Notes under the pieces: generated by a model
Seen by the model: only the letters and a program-made list of their open reading frames with translations
Databases searched by the model: none
Told to the model about the DNA's origin: nothing
Program-made: the position numbers and the translations under genes
Part shown: positions 1 through 11,926 of the stretch, piece after piece
Numbering within the stretch: the stretch's first letter is position 1
How the letters are laid out: every line of letters starts with the position of its first letter
Source: Octopus vulgaris
Lineage: Eukaryota
Assembly (NCBI GenBank): GCA_951406725.2
Contig: OX597818.1
Span: 18,662,001 to 18,726,000, forward strand
Reading direction: 5' to 3'
Length of the DNA stretch: 64,000 bases

Positions 1-575
1 TTCTCAAGATGTTGAGTATCCCAATAAGCAACATATAGTTCCAGTATAATGGCAATAGTAGAAATACCGACATATCTTGGGTCTGGCAATGAGACGAAGC
101 CCGTCACGCCCGCTGACTATCACGTGTTTAGATTAGCTTCGGACAAGGAGACTGCTGAGATTATAGTCGCGCTGAAAGGATATTATTGTGGGAGAAGTTA
201 GAAATGGGAGCTATGATGTTGGATTGGGGCAACGACAGAAAGAGAAGATGCTCCTAGGGAAGGACAAAGTGAAGAGATAATAAATGACGACAAATGAGAG
301 GCAGTTAGTCGGATAGTGGTCACGAAGCTTGTGACAAGACAAGCGTTTGATATGATGAGTAGTGTGAAAGAGCGGTTTGGGTAAGTGAAGATTGGTTTTC
401 CGCATCGGAAATTTGCAGAGACATGCTTTGAGTTTGGTGAATCAATGTCATGATTGTGGCTACGGAGACAGTGGACAGGAAGGAATTGGATGTAGGGTAG
501 GGAGTGTTTTTTGAGTGGGAGAATTGTGTGTAGGAAGATCAAAATAGAATTATATGGATCTGTTGTTTGGCTCAC
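1..575 (-). mobile_element. Penelope-like retroelement relic (RT thumb/linker region)
   Basis: Minus-strand translation TDPYNS..HSLPYIQFL..CLRSHNHD resembles the PLE motif KPTDSHxYL..HPxHxKxSIPYSQFLRLRRxCS. Further downstream, PTIISFQRDYNLSSLLVRS resembles PxISFKRxxNLxxxLVRS. Frameshifted. Confidence 0.6.
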
Positions 576-589
576 AGATGTTTTGACTA

Positions 590-765
590 TTTTTTTTTAA
601 ATAAACAGTTTGAAACTTCGTATACTGGTGGAATTTCTCACGCAGAACACGGTTTACTTTGAACATTTTTGATAAAATTTCGCATTTTAGAAGTTATTTC
701 GTGTTAAAGTTGTCCCATTTGGGTAATTTTAACCAATCGACGACGTATATTCAGTTGAAGAAAGC
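590..765 (+). mobile_element. Diverged fragment of the MITE family seen at 27403-28220
   Basis: aaacttcgtatactggtggaat...aattttaaccaatc aligns by eye with 27462-27590 (aaactttgtatactggtagaat...aattttaaccaatc). Confidence 0.55.
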
Positions 766-781
766 TACTGCTATTTATATA

Positions 782-817
<36 letters not shown>

Positions 818-821
818 CACG

Positions 822-1017
822 CGGCGAGCTGCCTGACACGTTAGCGCGCCGGGTGAATTGCTTAGCGGTATTTCGTCTGTCGTTACGTTCTGAGTTCAAA
901 TTCCGCCGAGGTCAACTTTGCCTTTCATCCTTTCGGGGCGATATTATCGACCTAATCCCTTCGTCTGTCCTTGTTTGTCCCCCCTATGTTTAGCCCCTTC
1001 TGGGCAATAAAGAAATA
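822..1017 (+). mobile_element. tRNA-derived SINE family A (Tx1-like tail variant)
   Basis: Head gcggcgagctg..gttagc, B-box-like gagttcaaattcc, core gaggtcaactttgcctttcatcctttcgggg, tail ending aataaagaaata. About 10 related copies in the window. Confidence 0.85.
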
Positions 1018-1139
1018 TGTATATATTTATATATATATATATATACATACATATATACATACACATACACACACATATATATATGTGTGTGTTTTTATGT
1101 ATGCATGCATCTATGTACATATTTAATGTGAGTGTAAGG

Positions 1140-1335
1140 TGTGGTGTGTAGTTGTCTTTATGTTTGTCTCCACGCCGCGTGACAACCGATGTTGGTTCGC
1201 TTACACCTCCGTAACCGAGCGGTCTGTCATAAGTAAACTATAACACAAGTACCACGGGGTCGATTCGTTTGACTAAAGCCCGTCGAGGCGGTGCCCCCAC
1301 ATGGCCGTACTCCAGTGTTTGAATCAAGTAAAAAC
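1140..1335 (+). mobile_element. SINE family B, 3' half (diverged)
   Basis: Aligns with the 3' half of the full copy at 63613-64000 (gacaaccgatg..ggggtcgatt..gactaaag..ggcggtgc..catggcc). Confidence 0.7.
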
Positions 1336-1524
1336 AACAATAAACTAAAAGAAACTGCCCTGTCTTAGTGTCCTACTGACATTATTTCTAGAATATCGTA
1401 GAAGAAAATTGCTTACAATTGCTTTTCTTTTCACATCATATGTTCACATCAACTGTTATAGTAACTTATACAAAAATTTATATAGCTTTCTTTATCTTCT
1501 TTCTCAGGCGGATGAAGCTCGTAG

Positions 1525-1950
1525 GGATGATGATGATGATGAGGTTGTTGAAAGTGGTAAGTCTGATGTTGTTGGGGTGGTACTTGTGGTGGTGTGGGGT
1601 GATGTGGAGATGAATGTGATGATAGCGACAATAACGACGACGATAAAGTGACGGTGGTGGTGATGGTGGTTGTGAGGGTGGTGATGGTGATGATGATAAT
1701 AGTTGTGGTAGTCGTGATATGCTAATGAGTGATTACGATGATACGATGATGATGATGATGATGGTTCTGGTAGAGGTGGTGGTGGTAGTGGTGGTGGCGG
1801 TGTTGGTAAGATCGCTGGTGTTAGTGCTATTGCTACTGCTGCTGCTGCTGATGTTGACATTTTGATAGCGTAGTGACGGTGGTGGTGCTGTTGTTGTTGC
1901 TGCCGCTGAGGATACTGAATGTGATTATTATTATTAATATTATTATTATC

Positions 1951-2018
<68 letters not shown>
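1525..2018. repeat. Compound trinucleotide microsatellite (GAT/GGT/GCT/TTA)n
   Basis: Direct inspection. Confidence 0.95.
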
Positions 2019-2019
<1 letters not shown>

Positions 2020-2655
2020 GAGTGAGAGAGCAACGCTTGCCATCATAGTGATACTGAGGAACAATATACGAAGCCCAGTATACCCGTCATGGCTACCTGT
2101 CTGATAAGGGTACACAAGGCATATGAATCACAACCATATGAGTACGACAAGTTGATCTCATATCAAGTTAAACAGGTGAAGTCCAGTTGGAATTTTCTTA
2201 GGGTTGAGTAGCCCATACCGCTCAAAATGCCCTTGAATAAAGGTTGTTTAAGGATATTGAAAGAAACACCCATGTTTCCAGAGGTAAATTATTCAAACCC
2301 AAAAGAATTCGTTTCAATATGATGTTCATCAACTATTTCTGCTCATGATCAGGGAAGCACATATCGTCAACCACCAAGGGACATGCTGAACTGATTAAGG
2401 TCAAGTAAATATGTGGTAATGAGCAGAATATTTGCTGTAACCCATCTTTTTATATCAAGACAAATCATGTACATGGTAACACCTCCAATCACTTAAGATC
2501 AGAAGCCATGAGAGCCAATGACTCGCACTGTATAAGGGCATATCAGAATATTTGCTGAATCCTATGTTTTATACCAAGTCAAAGCATGTACATAACACCT
2601 TCAATCACTTACGATCAGAAGCCATGAGAGCCAGTGCCTGGTATTGCATCTGGGC

Positions 2656-2657
<2 letters not shown>
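2020..2657 (-). mobile_element. Unclassified interspersed element between (TTA)n and (TTC)n tracts, with an internal ~120-bp tandem duplication
   Basis: 2424-2543 is similar to 2544-2657 (cagaatatttgctg...caatcactta.gatcagaagccatgagagcca). Sharp microsatellite boundaries on both sides. Strand is a guess. Confidence 0.4.
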
Positions 2658-2686
<29 letters not shown>

Positions 2687-2875
2687 CTTCTTCTTCTTCT
2701 TCTTCTTCTTCTTCTTCTTCTTCTTCTTCTTCTTCTTCTTCTCCTCCTCCTCCTACCCCTCCTCCTGCTCCTCCGCCGCCGCCGCCACCACCACCACCAC
2801 CACAACCACCACCACCACCACACAACCTCTTTCGCCTCCTCCTCCTCCTCCTCCTTCTCCTCCTTCTTCTTCATC
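2657..2875. repeat. (TTC)n/(CCT)n/(CCA)n microsatellite
   Basis: Direct inspection. Confidence 0.95.
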
Positions 2876-3257
2876 AGTCAATATTCCTTGTGCTGAGAAA
2901 CGTGTGAATACACTTAAAGTCAGTAACGTATTTTCTTTGAAAATACTATTTACTATATTTATCTGAAAAGCAGTAATTCCCTCGGTTGGCGCAGTATTTA
3001 TATTTTAGTTAACAACATTATATCACAATAGATGATGACATTTAGGAACAGCTGAACAATGTCCTCTACAGATATGGGATGTTATCGAAATTTTATATGG
3101 CATCATATAGGTTAAAGTATTCCCAATATTTGAAGCTCAACAGTTATATTTTTGATGTATCTTAGGCTTTCATTTTATAGATCTTTAACGTTAAAAGGTG
3201 CTAAGATGTTACAAGTCCAAACGTGGTTACCATTCCTGTCAATACTGGCATCGGTGA

Positions 3258-3732
3258 AGGCGACAAGCTCGCAGAATTCGCCGGGGAAAATTCTCTAGCG
3301 GCATTTCATCCGTCTTTACATTCTGAGTTCAAATTCCACTGCGATCGACTTTGCCTTTTATCTTTTCGTGGTCGGTATTAAATACCAGTTGAACATGGAT
3401 GTGTGTGTGTGTGAATGCGTGGGTGTGTGTGTGTGTGTGTGTGTGTGGTGGGGGTGTCTTATCGACTTAACCCTTCTCCCGAAATTGCTGACCTGGTGCC
3501 AAAATTTGGAATCTATATTTCATTAGTCTTCAAGGCGGCGGCCAAGAAATATTCTTTAGCGGCATTTCGTCCGTCTTTACATTCTGAGTTCAAATTCTAC
3601 CGAGGTCGACTTTGCCTTTTATCCTTTGGGGGTATATAAAATAAGTACCAGCTGAACAAATCGGTCGATGAAATCGACTTAATCCCTCCCCCGACTTAAT
3701 TGCTGGCCTTGTGCTAAAAGTTTTAATCAACA
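3258..3732 (+). mobile_element. Two adjacent SINE family A copies (alternative-tail variant)
   Basis: Two heads/cores (about 3258-3512 and 3533-3732), each with ttctgagttcaaattc and tail ttgctg(g)cct(t/g)gtgc(c/t)aaaa. Confidence 0.8.
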
Positions 3733-3894
3733 TTAGCATCGCTGTAAAGTTTTCGGAATATGTATTTGTGGTTGATATTTTGTTAAGCAGAATATTTCTC
3801 ATTCTTTTTCTTTTTATGTAAGGTAGAACTGTCCACCAGGTAGGATTATCGCATGAGATATCATGAACGACTGTATGATTCTTGAGGAGTTTAC

Positions 3895-4190
3895 AAGTTG
3901 GGGTGGGGCGGCTTGTGTGTTGTTACAGTGACGCGAGGAGCTACGCCAGCGGAGCACAAGCTCTTGGTAAGGCCGTCAATGCTCGACAGGTCAAAGGTTA
4001 GTCGAGTATGGGCCACCTCTTAGAAATAAAAATGGATTTACGTAGGGCCAACACTCCCACTTGGAAAAATGCAAAGTTACTGAAGCATTGATGACAATTC
4101 AATACCTACAAGATATGGGGGTGGGGTGGGGAGAAGATCTTCGGTCAGGGAAACATATGAACCTACAAGAGTGACAAAAGGGAGGACGCC
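3895..4190 (+). mobile_element. RTE-type LINE 5'-UTR relic
   Basis: ggcttgtgtg..cagtgac..gagctacgccagcgg..gctcttggtaaggcc..atgctcgacaggtcaaagg resembles the conserved 5' UTR of RTE elements (from memory). 4148-4182 recurs near 13658-13694. Confidence 0.45.
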
Positions 4191-5789
4191 CTCTAAATAA
4201 TTAGCTGAAAAAGAAGGGATCCAAATAGAGAGTAGCAGAAAAGACAACCCAAAGTTAAGAACAGTGAAAAATTCTTCGATGGCCCTTGCTCCTTGACACC
4301 TTCACGAAGTGATCGGAGTGCTATGAGTGCATTGCTTTCAGAGGATCCTACAATGAAGGCGATTAGAGTTTTTATACTTCCTTGAGATGTCTTTCCTGAA
4401 AAAGTTTCGAAACTTCTGGAATGCACCTTGTATGCAGCAAAAGTATCGGTTGCCTTTATTTGCTGCATTTGAGAGTTTTCCCCAGATCGGATCAACTGTT
4501 TTCACGTTTATAACTAAAATCCCGCTAAATTTCTTGCGAGAAATTTATTTCAAGAAGTTAGTAATTTATTCTGTTGTGTCTTGGGAGAGTCATTTTCTTT
4601 CTGTGCCTTATAATTTAACATACTCACCGGTAAAATTTCCACTTATTTCTTATTTTTATTTTGCTAAAATTTTCGTTGCGTCTTGCACATATTTATTATT
4701 TCCACTTATTTCTTATTGTTATTTTTCCAAAATGTTCGTTGCGTCTTGCAACCTTTTCAAGACTGTTGGAAAAGGTTAAATTATAAGGCACAAAAAGAAA
4801 ATGACTCTCCCCAGACACATCAGAATTTGCTTCAATACAGGAACTCAAATAAAGAATCTTGCACATCAAATCCAAAAGCGAAAAGTAATTTATTCGTTTG
4901 TTCTTATTTTCTTTGACGCAGAATTGAAATACATTAAGATCTACAACAGCTATAAATACGAGCGAAGCCCATAATTTATCAACGTTTATAAATCAACACT
5001 GAAAACAGGCAATGCAAAAAATTCAAGGACACAAATTTCAGCTGATATACAGATTATATTGGACTTAAAGGAGCCTTCATATTTGAAAGTTGAATGTAGT
5101 GAAAACTGTTTTATAAACCAAAGCATTCAAATCAATGGTCTCTCGAACTCCTCTTTACCACTTAGAGTTTGTTACAAAAACCAAGATAGAGGTGCAACCA
5201 TAATTTGGGAATGTGATGCGATCAAAGATAGAGTTGGGTAAGAGTATAACATCAGACTTCGACAAATACGTTAGTCACAACTGACCTCTTACAGTTAGAT
5301 ACGTTATTAGTATCAACGTACTAGTGCCTACATTTGAGATACTCAAGTAGATTATATCTGCTTCATGTTTATTAATATCTACAAGATCCTGATATCAACG
5401 TGTCAATGGAAAGCTTTTACAAAGCTAATGATATTGCCATGTTCTATGTTGGAAGGCAAAAGAACAAGGAAAAGATTTAATATTCATCTTAAATGTTAAC
5501 TTTCTAGAATTAGCAACCAAATGCTCTTCAAAACCGTCGTATCATACGGGAAGGATACGTTGGATAACTTATACACTACGTCTGAAAAAGTGATGGGATA
5601 GTCCTGGCTAGAATGTCTTTCACTTTAAGTTCGCTCAATCAGAGTTGCTCAGTTAAGTCCTTTGTTCTCTACGGACCATAGGCCACTGTTTTCAACTCTG
5701 GGCTGTCTATTCTGCTACTCTCCAACAGGATTCCTGCTTTCTCAGCTTTGCCACAGTATCTTCCTGCCAACTAGTCTGCTCTATCGGGA

Positions 5790-6100
5790 GGGTGAAGGAG
5801 AGTTTTTATGTCCATTTCTGTCAAGTGGTTAGTTACCAGGATTAAGTTGCAGACTGGTGAATTATCCAGGTGCAAGTGCTGCTCTGGCCTTTATCAACAA
5901 AATTTCTTCCTGAACTCCCTTAAAACATTCGCAAAGTAATCTTTGTTAACCGTCTGGCCAGGGGAACTCAATGGATGTAAATGATATCCTTGCTGTTGAA
6001 AAATGAAATCATCATGAGATTGCGAGTGGATTTGATTTGCCGAACCTCTTGTGCCAGTGGAAAACATACTCAGCCTATACATGTCAATCCGTAAGTAGTC
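5790..6100 (-). mobile_element. mariner transposase relic
   Basis: Minus translation MMISFFNSKDIIY..PGQTVNKDYFANVLREFRKK matches the mariner catalytic-domain segment GQTVNxxYYxxVL. Confidence 0.7.
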
Positions 6101-8439
6101 TGGAGCATTTAATATGCTTTTTGTAGCTTTTTAGCCCAGTTTACCACAAAACTACTGCATGGTGACCTTCCAAGTTGTCTTCATGTCCCAGCTGCATTCT
6201 GCAGGCTAGTTAGCTGTGACAAGCCGTGTTTAGTAAGGTGTATTCATAGTGTTGTTACAGCCGTTTACTTCAATCTGTAAAAACAAAAGTTAGAAGGTCA
6301 ATTTACTAGAAGTGTAGTAATGAATGATATACTAAAACTGCACTAATCTAGTTATAGCTGCTTCTCCTAAAACATTCGCAAACCTTCTGAAACGTACCAA
6401 GTTTACTGATCCTAGCCGCGTTTCTGTAATCAAACAACACTAACATATGGATAATATGATGTCTATTTTTATGTTACGGGCAGAGTTGAATTATTTAAAA
6501 GTTGTCATTCGGTACGTTCTCACTCTTCTGTCCATTTATATGCTTAATCATGTGCTGTCGCCTTATTAGACTCGCAATCCTTTTAGAGAAATTTCTATTT
6601 AACAGTTTCAGTAAAGTTCATAAAGAATGTGAAATCAATAAACTGGCCTTTTGGATGTTTTCATTTTCAGCAACAACAGTCGTCCTTGCTATAGCAAACC
6701 AGTTTCCTATGTCAACTTGGCCTTAAAACTGAACATCAAATTCTAGTACACGTATTAAGCCTCTTACATTTCAAATATGTAGTTTTCCCACAGCTTCTGT
6801 AAAAGCTTCAAAGTTTATGGTGTATGTTTTACCGTTGATGCTGGCAAAGTATTTTCCTTCTGATTGAATTCAGCCGTGATGATTTATCGCTGAAATTCTT
6901 CTTTTTATTTGAAATATAACATTAAAATGATTTAAGATCATTCCTGGAAGATTTTAGATTTTTACTATGATGATATTTCCTTTGCTTCTCTGCAATACCC
7001 AATCATATTCGTAAGAAGCAAAATTATTGGTGATTTGTGTATGCATGCAAGTAAGCAGTGCGTAGTAAAAAAGGTTTTGGACTATAATAGTTCTAATCCG
7101 TTGCAGATGTATTGGGGAAAAACGGGTTATTTACATTATTTCAGTTGCTCTAACTATCGGAAAATTAAATTCTCATCCATTTAACGTCAGGAAGTCATGA
7201 AACTAACACAAAGTAACTTCCCAGAGACGTCCTCGGTCTCCGAAAGTATTCTATTTTCCACAAATATATGTAAATGTATGCGAATGTATTACAATATAAA
7301 CTATTAAGATTTAATCATATTTAGTAGCTCAGCTTAAGCTGGAAAAGTGAACAAAATAGCCTGCGCGAATTGACCTGTATATCTGTCGGCGACACTTCAA
7401 TCGCGTTAACCATAACACCAAAGTGACCCGACATTGGCGGCTATCGAATTTAACACTAAAAACATAGAGTGGGGCAAGCTACTGTCTTTTACTTTGATTT
7501 TGTATGAGACAACCTTAATGGATAGTTTGACAGACTCATTAACCCTCAGTAGCAAAATCTCCCCCTGTTGTCAAGATAGCTTAGTCTCACACCAGTCAAC
7601 TAAGATTCAAGTATATTGGTAGTGAGATTGTGTTAGATTCTATCATAAAAAAGTAAAAAGAGAACCACTTCTTAAGCCACATTTTGCTTGACAATCACTG
7701 CCATCTCATTAGTTTTTATTAAAGCACATCTTCTATGTATTTTAGTTGTTTTAAAGTAATCGTGAAATTATAAAGGTTTCAGAAACATCTATAACATTTT
7801 ATTTCTTGATATATTTGTATTATATATTAAGTGGTGTTTGTATAAAATACAGATAAAATGTACAATATAAAGTTATTCAAATTTTATTTAAATGACACCA
7901 AGCAAAACGGCTTATTAGCTAAAGTGATATTCTCTTATACTACTTATTAAATGCTAATTATTATAGGAAAATATTTGTATTCGTTGTGAATAGAGAACAT
8001 TAACATTCGACTAAACTACTAGTAGTCAACAAAGACCCAAATGTGTCGGAAACTGCCAAAACGAATATTCCAAAAACAAACATCCTTAGTCTGATAAAGA
8101 ACGTGTCACAGATACGACGACCTCAATTTATCTACCGAACGCAGTTATCTGGTTACGTACAAAAGGATACTCTGAGTGCAAGAAAGAATAAAGACGTAGT
8201 TTTGAAATATTCTAAAACATGATGCAGATGCAATATGCTCTCTATATCGTAAGACGTTCTGGAGTAGTTAAAGCTCATAATAAAGTAGTTTAAGGCAACA
8301 CATGTTGTGATAACGAGAAATTGACAGCTTACCGTTTATAGACATCACACTTATTGACGAAATAGTCAATAAATTTAAAAGAATCCACCAAAAAAGCTAA
8401 TCTAAGTAATCAAAAACACGGAAGATCACTCACGAGTCA

Positions 8440-8620
8440 TAGTCTCATGATACCGGTTTACCTGATTCTGTGGTATATATATATATATACCCACTCCGGA
8501 AGGGACATCAAGTCCATCGCAGGATTACTCTATTTTGCCAGCTGAATGGACTGGGGCAGCATGAAGGCAGCATGAAATAAAGTATTTTGCTTAAGAACTC
8601 AACGCATCGCCTGAACCGAC
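8440..8620 (-). mobile_element. Diverged SINE fragment (CORE/Meta-like)
   Basis: gtccatcgcagg..ttttgccagctgaatggactgg..aagtattttgcttaagaactcaacg is the reverse of a typical SINE core (cttgagcaagacactt). Confidence 0.4.
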
Positions 8621-8773
8621 AAGTAACAAGTACAGCTGTCACTAAATTAACGGCGGGTGCTTGTAAGCCTCAGCATTGTTAGAAACAACTCTTAGCCAAG
8701 TGAGAGCAATTTTCTGACGGCTGACATTGGAGACAGGCTCTCGCTATACGACTAGCGAAATGGAGTCATATCA

Positions 8774-8808
8774 GTGCTGATTTCAGATTTAATCCTTCAT
8801 CAGCGCGC
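8774..8808 (-). ncRNA. Degenerate minimal hammerhead-ribozyme-like motif
   Basis: Minus strand reads gcgcg CTGATGA a gga ttaaa tct GAAA tc agcac. Stems I and III are unconvincing. Confidence 0.3.
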
Positions 8809-8909
8809 AGAAGGTTAAAGAACCTTAGTCACCTTCTCAGCCTTATATAGAACACCATAGGAAACATTGACTTATTTGGAAAATGTTGAAGTGAGTATTA
8901 GAAAAGTGA

Positions 8910-8952
<43 letters not shown>

Positions 8953-9155
8953 CACACACACACACATACACACACAGACACACATATATATATATATAAA
9001 TAATAATAAAGGGTAAAATTGATTAATTAACTAGTAAATAACAATTCCACCAAGTAGAATTCGGCATGAAAAAGGACCATTTTTCGGTTAACTTAAACAG
9101 TATTTTATAATTAGGAGTATAATTATAATTAGGGTTCAGCAAAGATTTGCTTTAC

Positions 9156-9218
9156 CACATACCGAAGTTTAGAAATAGCAGCCAAAGAATCTTAGCTATT
9201 TTCCTCATCAGCATAGGA
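9156..9218 (-). ncRNA. Degenerate Penelope-type hammerhead ribozyme
   Basis: Minus strand reads CTGATGA g gaaaatagc ... gctatttc t AAAC TTC ggtatg. Strong stem II, but G12 is lost. Confidence 0.4.
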
Positions 9219-9447
9219 TTCCACGATATTAAAATTGAGAGCACTGGAATATATATATATATATATACACTTTTACTTTTTTATATGCTTCAGTCATTTG
9301 ACTGCAGCCATGCTGGAGCACCGCCGTTAGTCGAACAAATCGACCTGAGGACTCATTCTTTGTATACCTAACTAGCAGAATTGCCCGGCGTTGCTCGGGG
9401 CTGAATTGCTTGAAAGTACTGTTAATGATTGCACTGAATTATGATGA

Positions 9448-9990
9448 TTATTCGGGCAAATATTGATATAAGCTTACGGTGGGAGATAAGAACTTAACGA
9501 TCAAACGTGTGCCATTGCATTGTTTTGGGGGAACCAAATTTCTGATGAGCATTATAGGGGCACCAACTTTAAGTTTGAGAAAGTGTGGTGATAGTCCGGG
9601 GTGCTCAAAGGAATTGAGTACCTCTATTGGATAGTTGATGACGTCCTCTGGGTCAGGAGTTGTATCGATAGACTGATATACATAGACTTCCCCAGGAATG
9701 AGTTTTAGCATTTCATCATTAATATGGTGAACAGTTTTATTCCTCGGGGCCAGTATAGCCTTTTTGCCAATCCAATCCATATTCTGATAATTAGCTTGTA
9801 GATCTGGGAACACTGCATCTCTGAGATCAGAAGGCGTCTTAACAATGGTACAAATGGAATCGATGGCAATATTACCATTTTCATCCCCTGGTATTTTGCC
9901 TTCGCCAAGTGCAAGGAGGGTGTGAGGAAATGCTGCTGATGTGATATTATGTCGCATATGAGCACGCTTATTGGTGTGAAGTTTGAGAGT
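9448..9990 (-). pseudogene. Helitron RepHel PIF1-type helicase fragment
   Basis: KAILAPRNKTVHHIN..YQSID..YPIEVLNS..GLSPHFLKLKVGAPIMLIRNL..CNGTRLIV are canonical Helitron helicase motifs. Truncated at both ends. Confidence 0.9.
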
Positions 9991-10216
9991 TACTTCCGTT
10001 TATTTTTTAAAATATGCATTAAAATGGAAAAAAATGATGGTAAATTATTTGTAAAATCATAGACTCATCGTAGACGCGCGCTAATACCCAGAAGGGCTCG
10101 ATATGAATCACGACTATAAGATATCCGGTTTTGGTTAAACTGCATCGCAAAATGTGGGAGTAGTTAGGAATCTAAATCGGAGTAGACAGACACACAACCT
10201 TTCTTTTATATATAAA

Positions 10217-10670
10217 TATTTTCGTCCTAAAAAACTTTGTATGGATTGAATGGTTACCTCTATGGAAATATATACACGCACATTATACATACATGTGTGT
10301 ATAGATGAATATATAAATACATTTAAATATCTATATACACTTTTGGGCGATCTCTGTGCTACTTAGAGATAACTTTAGATCTTATTTTCGTGCTAAAAAA
10401 CTTTGTATGGAGTGAATGGTTACCTCTATGGAAATATATACATACATGTGTGCATAGATGAATATATATCTATATACACTTTTGGGCGATCTCTGTGCTA
10501 CTTAGAGATAACTTTAGATCTTATTTTCGTCCTAAAAAACTTTGTGCGGAGTGAATGGTTACGTGTATGGAAATATATACACACACATTATACATACATC
10601 TGTGTATAGATGAATATATAAATACATTTAAATATCTATATACACTTTTGGGCGATCTTTCTGCTACTTG
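10217..10670. repeat. Tandem repeat, 3 units of ~140-166 bp, inside the Helitron
   Basis: tattttcgt(c/g)ctaaaaaactttgt recurs at about 10217, 10383 and 10522. Confidence 0.9.
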
Positions 10671-10678
10671 GATATAGG

Positions 10679-11121
10679 GGCGATGTTTCGCTTGTCGTAG
10701 CACACGTTTCCGTCGATTTCCGTAAAAAATGTAAACACTGAATCGGCCATACATACATACATACATACACACACACATACATACACACACACACACATAC
10801 ATGCATACATACATATACACATAAACCGAGTAAAAAATTTCAGTTATCTCTCTCTTTCACACATTACTCTCTCTGTCTCTTCACACACACTAACAGAAGC
10901 ACTTCATTTACACAACATACTGTCTGTCTCCCACACTCCATCAAACACACACACACACACACATGTACATCAATGCGTCCCATGCACGGTAACTTCAAAA
11001 GAACTTCCCTCGTCATACAATCGCTTTCTCTTAGTCTCTTTCGCTCTCATTACTTATGTAAAAAAATAATTTTTTTACGGAAATCGACGGAAACCTGTGC
11101 TACGACAAGCGAAACATCGCC
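10679..11121. mobile_element. MITE with ~50-bp TIRs and 8-bp TSD (Merlin-like)
   Basis: TIR GGCGATGTTTCGCTTGTCGTAGCACA.GTTTCCGTCGATTTCCGTAAAAAA at both ends. TSD GATATAGG at 10671-10678 and 11122-11129. GG termini plus an 8-bp TSD fit Merlin. Confidence 0.8.
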
Positions 11122-11721
11122 GATATAGGTCTTATATAGGTCCTAAAATACTTTCCTGTCACACACTCACGCACACGCACGCACACACACACATACACAC
11201 ACACACGCACCCTCACACACACACACACGCACACACTCACACACACGCACGTTAGCTTACAATTTTATTTATATATGTGCGTGTCTATGTGTGTAAAGAG
11301 GAAGTGCCTAACTGAAAGAGTCACTCACTACAAAAGGTGAATTACTTTCATTTTATTCCTTGCACACTGTGTGTGTGCGTGTGCGTGTGGTGTAAAACAC
11401 ATTAAGAAAAGCATTTGACATACACACCAGAATGTGAGTTTTCTGTAAATTTTGCTTAATTGGAGTTTAAATTTTAAAAAGTGGACCTGGCAAAACCCGA
11501 TGCATTCTACTCTTAAAAATGCTAAGTAAATTGTAATTGAAGAAATCCTATATTGTAGATTTCTATAACTGACAAAGGGAGGCAGATAAAATCTGCCTTT
11601 TATAATAAGAGATACTTATTCTATCGGGCTCTTTTGCCAAATCGCTAAGTTATGGTGACGTAAACACACCAACATCGGTTGTCAAGCAATAGTGGGGTGC
11701 ACAAATACACACACACGCACG

Positions 11722-11766
<45 letters not shown>

Positions 11767-11877
11767 TACGACGGGCTTCTTTCAGTTTCCGTCTACCAAA
11801 TCCACTCACAAGGCTCTGGTCGGCCCGAGGCTGTAGTCGAACACACTTGGTCAAGGTGCCATACAGCCACTCCTGCG

Positions 11878-11926
<49 letters not shown>

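Larger units (their letters stand above)
9372..11612 (-). mobile_element. Non-autonomous composite Helitron
   Basis: On the minus strand it starts TC(TCTTATTATAAAAGG) at 11612 and ends with hairpin cccgagcaacgccggg plus CTAG at 9372. Inserted between A and T with no TSD. Carries a PIF1 helicase fragment. Confidence 0.85.
9272..11880 (-). mobile_element. SINE family B split by a Helitron (pieces 9272-9371 and 11613-11880)
   Basis: Joining the flanks gives ttctttgtatacctaa|tacttattctatcgg, matching intact copies (ttctttgtaagcccagtacttattctatcgg at 28972-29000). Confidence 0.85.

Noticed and set aside
1409-2966. Poly-N/H/L/E/S ORFs, and YI, CV, MYVC and IYLS ORFs throughout the window
   Set aside because: These are translations of microsatellites, open in several frames on both strands.
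4790-5400. Possible additional Penelope N-terminal relic (DRGATIIW)
   Set aside because: A single weak motif, not enough to annotate.
9448-9957. Host PIF1 gene
   Set aside because: It is a truncated fragment inside Helitron termini.
10217-10670. CRISPR-like array (also 37238-37306 and 20965-21060)
   Set aside because: Contiguous tandem units without unique spacers, eukaryotic context, and no cas genes.
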